Positions 30,001 to 41,172 of a stretch of 64,000 nucleotides of DNA are shown here, piece after piece. The DNA is from Tubulanus polymorphus (Eukaryota; Animalia; Nemertea). A model generated the notes under the pieces. It was not told the origin of the DNA. It ran no database searches and saw only the letters and a program-made list of their open reading frames with translations. Location: NCBI RefSeq assembly GCF_964204645.1, contig NC_134025.1, positions 30,856,299 to 30,920,298 on the forward strand, read 5' to 3'. The first letter of the stretch is position 1; every line of letters begins with the position of its first letter. The translations under genes were made by a program, and so were the position numbers.

Positions 30001-32043
30001 TACTTAATTAATTTGCAATGAATTGTAAGATAATAAGATCTGAAGTCTCAATTTTTAGATACCTGAGATCGGTGATGATACTTTGTTTGTAATAGGGCGA
30101 TACTTTTGGATCCGATTTGTAAATTTTATCCACCTGTTAAAGAATAATGATAATCTGTATATGACTAATGTAAATAGAAGTCATAAGTTGAAACAGAAAG
30201 TTGATAGATAACTTACAGCAGGATTTACAAATCAAAGCAAACAACAAACAGGCTACACCCAGAGCCAGAACGAACAAAATCACCATGTCCCCTCCGGGGC
30301 TCCGTAATTTGAGATATAAACATTAGAAATTAACTAAATCTAACCCTGCAGTCGAATCCAGCCTAAGACTGTCGAACTGAGGTCCAGGTGTTTTATAGAT
30401 CAGGGTCCAGTTTCACGAAAAAGTTAAAGCCTAAAACGGTTAAGTTTAAATTGTTGTCCTCATTGAGAACATGAAGTAACCAAATAGCAATTACACCAAA
30501 AATTTGAGTTAAACTTTTTTGTGAAACTGGCCCCAGACCCTTTAATGCAGTGAATGATATTCAGCTATCTATCAATTACAATTTGTTTTATACACAGAAT
30601 ATATGGGCTCATTGCGATGAGCATTCATGGTTAAAAATATTATCAACTCCTTTATAACCTATGGGGGTTAAAAGGCTAAGCCTAAAACTACCCCCAGGGC
30701 AGAACATTTCTGACAACCTGAATATAGATATTAACTTGTAATAAACTATTCGGGTAAATGATTAAGTGATTGACACGTGAATAATAATTATATATTTTTC
30801 ACAATATTTTTTATGACACATTGAAAGCTCGAAATGCTAGATTCATTTTCTATATATAATTAGGTCTGGTTGAAATATATGAATATAATATAACTATACC
30901 GCTGATAGAAACTCTTTAGCGAATGACAAGTAAGCGATACTTGTATTGTCCGCCATTGTTGGGTGAAATATTTCATTATCAACTTTTAAAGACATCAGAA
31001 TACCAACAGAACCTACGTCGAATAAAGAAAAAAAATAGCATTGACTTTATAACATTTTTATTTTCTACTGGGATCCAGTTCCACAGCTATGTGTTGGTTT
31101 TTGACTCGATGGAGATTATCTAATTTTAAAGAGTTAACCAAAAACTGGGGAAGTGGATCCTGGACCCGCTTTGTATATTTGTGAGTTATAAATTTGACTC
31201 AGTTAAAATCATTTCATTTTTAAATGAGATAACTCTTGAATCAAAATAAATCTTAATTCGGAAATGCGGAACTGGGTCATAGACTAATAGACGAGTAACT
31301 AAGTGTAATTAATAGAATAGTTCAAAGAGATGATTAAGAGAGATTATTCTAACCTGATCCTGGTCCGGCGTTAGCCGCTTCTGCGCTGTTAGAATTCCAT
31401 CCTGATTTTTCCCTCAAATCATATTTCAATAGAACTAAAAAAATATAGACAGAAACTCATTTTCTTGGTTTTTGTAAACGCTGTAAATTTTAACGGTAAA
31501 AATGAAATAAAAGTAACAACTCACTGACTGCCAGTAGAGAGCCGATCATAGCAGCACCGAGTATTACTCCTATAACTATACCCACTATACAAGCTATTCT
31601 AGTGTATCTGATGTTTTTATTTTTCCTGTCCGCGGCTTGTTGTAAATCATTGTAGATATTGACATCAATTTCATCAACACTTCTCTGAGCGCCGTTAGAA
31701 ACTTTTAAAAAGAAAGAAATCAAATCTTTGTGCTGTAGATTGATTGAATTATACTGTTTTAACTAGTGCATACCTCGATAATCATAAGTCGGATTTTCTA
31801 ATCCAAATATTCCACCTGGTGCTCCCGGTAAAACCTGCATCTGTAAAGGTTTTTTAGGGTTTGTCTCCACATATTCTGCACCTGTTTCGTGCGAGTAGGT
31901 ATTGAATTCTTTCACCTGATGAACAGAATATTTTCAAATGTCGTATTTCAATAATATTTGCTCTATGTGAGGATTCTAGTTCTTACCTCATCAGGTGAGT
32001 CTGAATTACTGTATGTTGGATTATCAACCCCTTCATTCATCAT
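27092..32043 (-). CDS. Type II membrane SEA-domain protein, paralog A (two Cys modules, ~61 x PPKPDSGNR)
   Basis: MMNEGVDNPTY.. cytoplasmic tail, TM IACIVGIVIGVILGAAMIGSLLAV, SEA domain with SNGSVIVDY, Cys-rich module, 27-bp coding repeat, second module, stop after RAKPKRQL (TAA 27092-27094). Exons match paralog B one-to-one. Confidence 0.82.
27468..29114 (-). repeat. 27-bp coding tandem repeat (PPKPDSGNR), ~61 copies
   Basis: The ORF is open across the array and the commonest unit variants are synonymous in this frame (CCC/CCT, TCC/TCG, GAC/GAT). Confidence 0.95.
30404..30533. mobile_element. PIF/Harbinger-like MITE with CAG target duplication
   Basis: CAG|GGTCCAGTTTCACGAAAAAGTT ... AACTTTTTTGTGAAACTGGCCC|CAG. 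Confidence 0.8.
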
Positions 32044-32818
32044 TGAATCCTTAAAACATATCATTATTGAATCCTTAAAACATATCATTATTTCCATTCA
32101 AGTAACTAACATCACCTTTTTTTCTGTTAAGAGAACTCCGCCCTCATAACTGTAGAACAGGGCCTAGGAAATTAACCGTCATAATTATTTTCATCATACC
32201 TGCTTTTTCTGAGCATTTATTGACGAAAATTTTCAATCGTTTCTTCCCAGAGTTTATTCACATGTCGTGTGACCATAAGAACTATAGATTAAGAACTGTT
32301 TCTCTTAATCAGAAAATATCTACTGAAGGTGAAATATAAATGTAAAAGTACATCGAGCGGTGATTAAACCGATCCGCTCCGGTTATTCCACCATAAACAA
32401 AAACCTATAACAGCTAAGACTGACACGAGATTATTTATTTTCTGATATTCTATAAAACTTCCTTACTTAGGTTAAAGGCAGGGTTTGCGTCTTTATTTCC
32501 ACTGATTAAATTCTAGAGTCAAATATTACTATCTCAGAGATGTGGAACTGAAACTGTGGAAATTGGTTCTGACATTGTATTTATTGTATTTTCTCTTTAT
32601 TGCAACACGTATATATTTTGTGATGAATACTGAAGAATTTACTGATATAGAAATTTGTTTTGATCTCGATGTCGATGCTACCTAGGGGATCCTCACTTGC
32701 CACATGTGGAATCCTTTTTCGGTACAATCAAATGAGATTTTATTAAAATGGATGAGAAATTATCGCGACTAAATCATAAATACATCAAATATCAGGTTGC
32801 AACAGTATTTTTTGAAAG

Positions 32819-33925
32819 TCAGGTGAAATAGGTTTTATTCGACCAGTTTCGTTGACATCGGTCTCGTATAAGTTTCAGAGCTGTTTTCTTATACGAACTA
32901 TTTACAATACAGTACAGGAAAAAATTGGATGAAGAGTTCAACGCTGGAAATAGAGCGCTGACAATTGCACCGAAATACCAATAATCAGCTGGTAGAGGGG
33001 GTAAAGAATGGAAAAACTGAACCCGCAGGTAGTCGTAGAATGATCTGATAGAACCGGGTGCTTCAAAAATAATAAAAACCAAAACAACTGATATCGCCAT
33101 TTTAGTAGCTTTAACATCAATATTTCTATTTTTATCTTCACCTCCGTGTGATGTGAAATCTTCTTTACGTTTAGCCTGAATTTGTCGCAGTTTTACTATC
33201 AAAACAATATTGAAAATAATTAATAATAAACACGGTAGATATTCCTTGAAAATTGGCATCAAAATACCAAAAAACATCTCATAAAGAGCAACTTCATGAG
33301 ACTTACTTTTGATCTCAAGTACCATTTGAAAACGCTTGGTACATTCGTCCCACTTAAAAGCAATTCCTTTAACGGTGACAAGAAAAACGCAATGAATTGC
33401 TGCAAAAATTAAAAAACATAAAACTATCATGACTTTGATTCTAAATCTTGTAATATTTCGTTTAGCAAAAAATGGAAACGAAATTGATAAAGTTCGTTGT
33501 ACGACGACGCCGACAGTTATCCAGTTGCGGGTTAATTGAGATGCATATCGTGGTACGAAAGGTATGACATAAAGCCATGGCATGTACCAATAATGACTCG
33601 TTTCTTCAAATACAAACTCTCCTTGTATTAGCCACGCTAGTAAATAACGTACTGGTCCTTGAATCCCGCGCCATATCAGAAACATCATGTCCAAGAAAGC
33701 CAAACAGCGTAAAAGATAAAACGAGATGTGAGTTGAACTCTGAGCTCGTAATGTAACGACAATCAAAATGTTTAACATAATACCGAGTATCATGACGGGG
33801 AAGGCTCCAAAAATTCGTAAATATATCGCGTAAATGGCGTAGAACGATTTAACGCCGCAATTATCACGCACTTGATGTGAACCATCGTTAAGCGGCTCGG
33901 ACGGAGTTGTTCGGTTATCATCCAT
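32819..33925 (-). CDS. Intronless class A GPCR, diverged copy 3
   Basis: 368-aa ORF sharing ISFYLLRCLA, PRYASQ.TRNWITVGVVVQRTLSI, KLRQIQAKRKEDFTSHGGEDKNRNID.KATKMAISVV and NFFLYCIVN with copies 1 and 2. The immediate 5' flank is also homologous. Confidence 0.9.
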   Translation of the reverse strand: MDDNRTTPSEPLNDGSHQVRDNCGVKSFYAIYAIYLRIFGAFPVMILGIMLNILIVVTLRAQSSTHISFYLLRCLAFLDMMFLIWRGIQGPVRYLLAWLIQGEFVFEETSHYWYMPWLYVIPFVPRYASQLTRNWITVGVVVQRTLSISFPFFAKRNITRFRIKVMIVLCFLIFAAIHCVFLVTVKGIAFKWDECTKRFQMVLEIKSKSHEVALYEMFFGILMPIFKEYLPCLLLIIFNIVLIVKLRQIQAKRKEDFTSHGGEDKNRNIDVKATKMAISVVLVFIIFEAPGSIRSFYDYLRVQFFHSLPPLPADYWYFGAIVSALFPALNSSSNFFLYCIVNSSYKKTALKLIRDRCQRNWSNKTYFT

Positions 33926-34583
33926 AGGAGCGGATGATGCCGCGGTCCGATCTACTCTACGCGAGAGAGAAATAGATTGTGTCTGGTGTCGACCAAACCC
34001 TAATTAGCGGCTGCAGCAATATCAGTATCTGTATCACGAGTCTAATAGTTATACGACACATGTCACAAATTTACCGACACAATGAAATTTAAGCTATTTT
34101 ATACCATTAATAGATGATGCACGCGTTGCGATACATAAACTGAAATTTACCATCATAGTTAAACAAGTTCACAGTTTACGTCTTGATTTCTCAACAGATT
34201 TAACAATATGTTCCCATGCCTGAACTGAAGTTTGGTTAAACTTTCAAATCATGGAGTCACTTTTCTCTTTTCAACCCCTTCCAATGAAGACCGTTTGGAT
34301 ATCCTTCAATACAGTTTAAAATGGATGAAAAATCAATGTTTTAGGTCAGCTGCCAGTGCATTCTATTCCTAATAAGACCTTTATCAGGTATATGTGCTAC
34401 CGAAACTGAGCTAGGCCACCTGATGTGCTCTCAAGTCAAGTTGAAATAGACATTAGTTCAAATCCATAGTAGCGAAAACAGTACAAATCTCATTTTCTAG
34501 AGTGAATATATTTATTGTAGCGAAATTCGAAAATTTTTCTGAATTAAAAAATGTATTCTTTGCGATTAATAAAGATTGAATGT

Positions 34584-37500
34584 TCATGTTTGTTGCTGAG
34601 GTCTCAACTGTTCGTTACACAGCTCGATATTTTCACGTGTATAAATCTCCGGTGCTTCTTTCATCAGAATTTTCCATAGTTCCTTAATCATGATATTTCT
34701 CGGACAAGGAACGTTCTTTTCAGTGCACGTTTTCAATCCAAGTAAAACCCTACAAATTAGAAATTAAACTACTTTAGTTTTTGCCGAATTAGATGAATAT
34801 TATTGACATCTAAAAGTTTAATGAAAGTCAGTCTTACGTGCAGACATTTTGATCGGTAATCGGAGATGTTAATTCTGTTTTACACTGTTTGTAGATTTGT
34901 TCCGAATCGCATCCAGGTTTCGGAGGTTCGGGCAAACATTGACGTTGATTACTGATGAAATTCTTGATTTTCTCGTCCATTGATATCAATACATTTTTAA
35001 TGACATTTTTCGTACAATCTTTGTTCAGTGGTAATAAACAATGCATTAACGAATTCCAATTCCTAGAAAATATATATATACATGTACATTGAAATATAGG
35101 TAGTATATATCATATATAAGAGAATAAATTATGTGTTATTTTGAGCATATCTGGCGCTGATCTGGGATAATCTCTACAATCAACCAATATTTCAACGTGG
35201 CGTACATGTGAAGCAGTATTTGATCAGCAATGAGGAATCAGTATTTGATCGGCTAGCCAATCAGAGATAAGTATTTGATCAGCTAGCCAATCACAGATCA
35301 GTATCTTATCAGTTAGCCAATCATAAACTCACATGAGAGACCATCATCCTCATATTGATATACAATGGATCAGATACCAAATCTAAACTTACCCGCAATT
35401 CTGTGTGATTTTCAGCGCTGTGAAAAATGTTTTGCAATTAAAATCGAGTGTTTTGTTCAATTTGTTTTCGTCACATTGTTCTCTAGCGCATTGTTTAGCA
35501 TTGAATCTAGTTCCATTTTGAAAAATCAGTTTCATTTTGTCGTACGCGCTGCAAACTTGTTTCACATCCTCTGAGAAAGAGGTCTGGGTACATTTCTCAA
35601 ATTCTCCGTAAGAACTGAAATTACATATAAATCCAGAACAGACAATTAGAAAAAAAACACTGAGTTAAGAGTTGTGAGTTAATCTGCACTCTGGATCCAG
35701 TTCCACAGTTGTGAGTTTAGAGTTAACTCTGAACTCAGGATCCAGTTCCACAGTTGTGAGTTAAGAGTTAACTCTGAACTCATACAGGATCCAGTTCCAC
35801 AGTTGTGAGTTTAGAGTTAACTCTGAACTCAGGATCCAGTTCCACAGTTGCGAGTTAAGAGTTAACTCTGAACTCAGGATCCAGTTCCACAGTTGTGAGT
35901 TAAGAGTTAACTCTGAACTCATACAGGATCCAGTTCCACAGTTGTGAGTTTAGAGTTAACTATGAACTCAGGATCCAGTTCCACAGTTGTGAGTTAAGAG
36001 TTAACTATGAACTCAGGATCCAGTTCCACAGTTCTGAGTTAGGTTTGACTCTAAAGGTAAAACTGAACTGATTTTAACTCACGACTGTGGAACCGGGCCC
36101 AGTGGTTCTAAAGTTGGTTAGATCCTTTCGAGAAGTACAGTTTTAATTGTCACTTGTCAGTGGTATGTTGAGTAAATAGCTACCGTGGCTTTTATTTTCT
36201 ATTTAGGAAATACTTCTCCCGTATAATGACTATACCTGCAATCATGAATACCAGAAAACTGTGTCCCGCAGAACAATTTAATCTCATCAAAAAGCGTTTT
36301 GTAGTTACAGATGGTTGGTTTAGGTTGATCACACTGTCCTGATTGGAAAGCTTTGAGACCAATCCAACCGGCTATCAGTTTATCAGAGATTTTGTCGCAA
36401 ACTCTATGAGTTTTAATTGATTCCTTCAGACAGTTCAATACAGCAAACCAGTTCCTGAAATCAACACAGTTTACAATGAGAATCATACATGGCTATAGAA
36501 AGAATGATATCAACTTCTTTTCTCATGTGCGGATAGATATCATAGAAATGTAATTATATTTCATTGTCATATTTTTGCTTTTTACTGTATAACCTTGATA
36601 TCAAGTACATCTTCAAGTCATATTCTTAGAAATGCGCAGTATAAATATTATCATTATTATTGATAATGAATTTAGAGTGGTTAAAAGGATTCATCGGAGT
36701 AGAATTGTTGTTTTTAATGTCTCGAATTAAGACGTGATATGTGTTCGGATATTCTGACCCGAGGTCTAGTGGTTAGTATTTGTCTATAAATAGAAATAAT
36801 CTGACTTGTTTTTGTGTCCCGGTTAAGTCCTGTCACCTGTTGTTATATATGTTCAACTTATATCGGGGCACAATCATATTTACCTTGAAAATATGTATAT
36901 TGAAAGAAAATGAAAATAAACACATACGATGTTTATGTAAGCCTACGTTGATGAAGTTTTGCACAAATACTTACGGACATGTTTTACTAGTGAGAAATGT
37001 GTCATATTTCTCTTTACAAGCCACATTTAATGCCTGTTTGACTGCCGCACCACACGTTAAAGGGAGGGGAGGTGGTTGTAAACAGATGTTCAGCAATAAC
37101 TTGTGTTTTTCTCGCAAATTATCCAGTAATTGTCGAGCAGTGCACGTGATTGATGTTTTCGAAAAACAAGCAGTTAAACTGTTCAGCGATCTGAAAATCA
37201 ACAAGATCAGCAAATCAAGATCCAGAGTAAAATATTTATACGCACACAACTGTGGAACTGGATCCAGAGTCAATCCAAACCCACACGACTGTGAAACTGG
37301 ATCCAGAGTAAAGATTAAACCCACACAACTGTGGAACCGGATCCAAGAATTTCTTTTTTCTTACTTGCAATCTTTCTTGGAAATCAGATCATTAAACTGA
37401 TTGTTACATGTTCCATCAGTCGCCACTGTTTTCATAATGAAGTTAGAATCGCATGATTGACTTTTAGGTTTAGCACGAATAACATTGACACACTGATCAG

Positions 37501-40500
37501 GCTTGAAATCTTGAACTGGAAACATAGTTTCTAATGTATTAGCATTACAGTCGAGTGCCGCGGTCGATTTGTCCAATAAACAATTCAGAAACAGTCTCCA
37601 TTTCCTATCAATACAATAATCAGAGTTCAAATTGATATTAATTTCTATTTTACTGTAAACATCAGAATTATTGGTGATGAATTAAACTTACTCGCAATCT
37701 GGATTACTGTTTACTGTTGATAGTGATTTACTACAATGTTTATTCGCATCTTCTTTAACTCGATCCATTTGACAGTTTAGCTTAGAAATACAGTTCGTAG
37801 CAATGTTGCTGATCTGTTGGAGTGGGGTTAGTGGGGGTCTTGAATCAAGTCTGGAGTTGGCGCTGGAGCCAGAGTTGGGTCTGCGTCTGAAGGAACTCCT
37901 GTTGCTGGAGTTGGTGCCGCGTCCGGAGGAGGTCCTGTATCTGGAGCTGGAGCCGGAGTTGGGTCTGCGTCTGAAGGAACTCCTGTTTCTTTTGCTGGAG
38001 TTGGAGCCGCGTCCGGAGGAGGTCCTGTATCTGGAGCTGGAGCCGGAGTTGGAGCCACCTCTGGAGGAGGTCCTGTATCTGGAGCTAGGGGTTACACTGT
38101 CTCTGGAGCTGGAGCCAGAGTTGGAGCCACCTTTGGAGGAGGTCCTGTATCTGGAGCTAGGGGTGACACTGTCTCTGGAGCTGGAGCCAGAGTTGGAGCC
38201 ACCTCTGGAGGAGGTCCTGTATCTGGAGCTAGGGGTAACACTGTCTCTGGTACCAGAGGTTGGTCTTGGTCTTGATCCGGCAGGTTTAGTTTGGAATATT
38301 TTTCTAAGAAAAGCTCGATCAAATAGACTGGAAAACCCATTAGTTTGCACCATTGCAGCAACAGGACAGCGAGATTCCTGAGTCAAACATTTTATAAATG
38401 ATTCTGAAATACTGAAAAAAATATGTGAAAATATGATTAGAAATGTATTATAAATTGTATGGTAAAACTGATTGTTATTTCAATGTAATGAATACCTGCA
38501 TTGATTAGTTTGATCTACTGATGTATTATTTAATAGTTTATCGATGATTTGTTTGTTGAAATATGTAGAACAAGCACCGACTGTAGCTGGACGGATTTTA
38601 GAATTACATTTAACTATGTCAGCCAGTTCAGGAGATATGATAGGATCAACATTCTTCGTATTATTCCAATTTCCGCCAGTAGAATCAGCTTCTTTTATTC
38701 GCTTGTATTCAGCATCCAATAACTGTTTATCCTTCTTGGAGAAATGTTTTTGACCTGAAAACGAAAGGATTCTAAGTTTACTTAACACTTATTGTAAAGG
38801 CCCCGCACACCGCAGCGCAGTTTTCGGCTCGTGTGCAGGGCATTAAGACACTATCATCGGGGTAAATTTCCATACAACTGAACAGTAAAAGTTCAAATTC
38901 AGAACCCAGTTCCACAGCCCTGGGCTTGAGTCACATTTTTACTCATAGAATTTCAGTTTTTAGAATCACGGTTTTAATTCTAACTCACAACTGTGGAACT
39001 GGGCCCAGCACTATATAGAAGAAATCAACTTCGAATTTACCTTTGGATTTAACGGAACCTTTAGCAATTCTAAAGCGCCCGAACCCGCTGTTTGTTCCGG
39101 CAACTTTCTCTAATGTTTCACGGCAATCGTTGCCGATATCAGCTGGAACTGTATTCATAACACTGATGACGTAATCAACTATCACACTACCATTACTACA
39201 CATAGAAATATAGATATTAACTCAGTTACAAGTCAGTCATTCCTCATCAGGGTCCAGTTTTATGAAATTGTTTAAGCTTAAAACGGTTAACTTTGAATTG
39301 TTGTCCTCAGTGAAAACATGTTACAAATCTCAAACCTCAAATCTGGGTCTGGTAACACATTCGTGAGTTAATCAACCCAGAGTTGAAATCAGTTCATTTT
39401 CGATGCTTTGATTGAGTAAAATTGAACACACAACTGTGGTACTGATGGATCCCGAGTTTAATTTTTCGTGAAATCGGGCCCTGAATGAGATTAGATGGAC
39501 AGTGAAAACAAAAATGAAGGAGTACAGAAAACAAGAGTTCAGATACCTGAGATCGGTGATGATACCGTGTTTATAATAAGGCGACACTTTTGGATCCGAT
39601 TTGTAAATGTTATCCACCTATTAAAAATAATGACAAGTTATGAATATGTGATGAATAGAGAAAAAATGATTGCGTGATAAAACTTATGATAACTTAAAAC
39701 AAAATATGTCAGTTACTTGTAACAAGATTTACATATACTCGATGATTATACGTAACATGGATCAAAATGCGCACAAATAAAGCTACGGTTTAGAATGTAT
39801 ACCATATGCCATTATATTTTTCACAATATTTTTAGGACACATTGAAAGCTCGAAATGCTAGATTCATTTTCTATATATAATTAGGTCTGGTTGAAATATA
39901 TGAATATAATATAACTATACCGCTGATAGAAATTCTTTAGCGAATGACAAATAAGCGATACTTGTATTGTCCGCCATTGTTGGGTGAAATATTTCATTAT
40001 CAACTTTTAGAGACATCAGAATACCAACAGAACCTGCGTCGAATATAGACAAAAATATAGCAATTCAACTAAATTGGAGATCTTTCAAGATGTTGGAGTG
40101 TTTTCTTACCTGAGCCTGGGCCTGATGCTGGATTTCTAGGGTTCGGTCCTGGTCCCGGCGTCAAGTCATCTTTCATCAGAACTAAAAAATAAAATCGGAG
40201 CAAAACTAGTTCTAGTGGATATTTTTGGTTCTGATAATTTTGACCAAAACATTTCAAGGCCAGTCAGATATCAGTAATCCACTGGTCAACTTAAAACATT
40301 TTTTGAGAAACAGAGGCTGCCCTTGGAGTTATATCAGAAAAATGAAATGAAAGCAAAAACTTACGAACTGCCAGTAGAGAGCCGATCATAGCAGCACCGA
40401 GTATTACTCCTATAACTATACCCACTATACAAGCTATTCTAGTGTATCTGATGTTTTTATTTTTCCTGTCCGCGGCTTGTTGTAAATCATTGTAGATATT

Positions 40501-40885
40501 GACATCAATTTCATCAACACTTCTCTGAGCGCCGTTAGAAACTTTTAAAAAGAAAGAAATCAAATCTTTGTGCTGTAGATTGATTGAATTATACTGTTTT
40601 AACTATAGTGCATACCTCGATAATCATAAGTCGGATTTTCTAATCCAAATATTCCACCTGGTGCTCCCGGTAAAACCTGCATCTGTAAAGGTTTTTTAGG
40701 GTTTGTCTCCACATATTCTGCACCTGTTTCGTGCGAGTAGGCATTGAATTCTTTCACCTGATGAACAGAATATTTTCAAATGTCGTATTTCAATTATATT
40801 TGCTCTATGTGAGGATTCTAGTTCTTACCTCATCAGGTGAGTCTGAATTACTGTATGCTGGATTATCAACCCCTTCATTCATCAT
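34584..40885 (-). CDS. Type II membrane SEA-domain protein, paralog B (seven Cys modules, Ser/Arg-rich linker)
   Basis: Same tail/TM/SEA (NGSVIVDY) exons as paralog A, then module 1, an S/R/G-rich linker and six further Cys modules over exons down to ..ELCNEQLRPQQQT* (TGA 34584-34586). All module introns are phase 2. Confidence 0.85.
35693..36099. repeat. 45/49-bp minisatellite made of a MITE left end, terminating in a complete MITE (36017-36099)
   Basis: GGATCCAGTTCCACAGTTGTGAGTT.AGAGTTAACTCTGAACTCA repeated ~7 times. The final copy is closed by AACTCACGACTGTGGAACCGGGCC|CAG. Confidence 0.85.
38903..39005. mobile_element. MITE with CCAGTTCCACAG termini and CAG target duplication
   Basis: CAG|AACCCAGTTCCACAG ... 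CTGTGGAACTGGGCC|CAG. Confidence 0.7.
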
Positions 40886-41043
40886 TGAATCCTTAAAATG
40901 TATCATCATTTTCATAGTCGTGATACAAACCACATATGATGAAACCCGCGCATGTTATTTCAAAGTAAATAAAGATTTTAATTTTAAAAGTCATGATACA
41001 TTAGTTTTACCTATCAATTCATAAAGAATCGTATCAAACCCAG

Positions 41044-41172
41044 GGGTCAGTTGCTCAAACGTTGGTTGAAGATAACCAGAGGATAAATACCACTGTAACA
41101 ATGAACTTTTAATTGTCACTATGTTAACTATCCACTGGTTAACTGTAACCAACTTTTGAGCAACTGCAGCCC
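41044..41172. mobile_element. MITE with GGGTCAGTTGCTCAAA termini
   Basis: Left end GGGTCAGTTGCTCAAACGTTGGTT; right end AACCAACTTTTGAGCAACTGCAGCCC. Confidence 0.7.

Noticed and set aside
37828-38361. Pro/Ala/Thr-rich alternative-frame ORFs in paralog B
   Set aside because: A stop at 38092 and GTT/GTC/GTA variation that is synonymous only in the Ser/Arg frame; out of frame with the flanking Cys modules.
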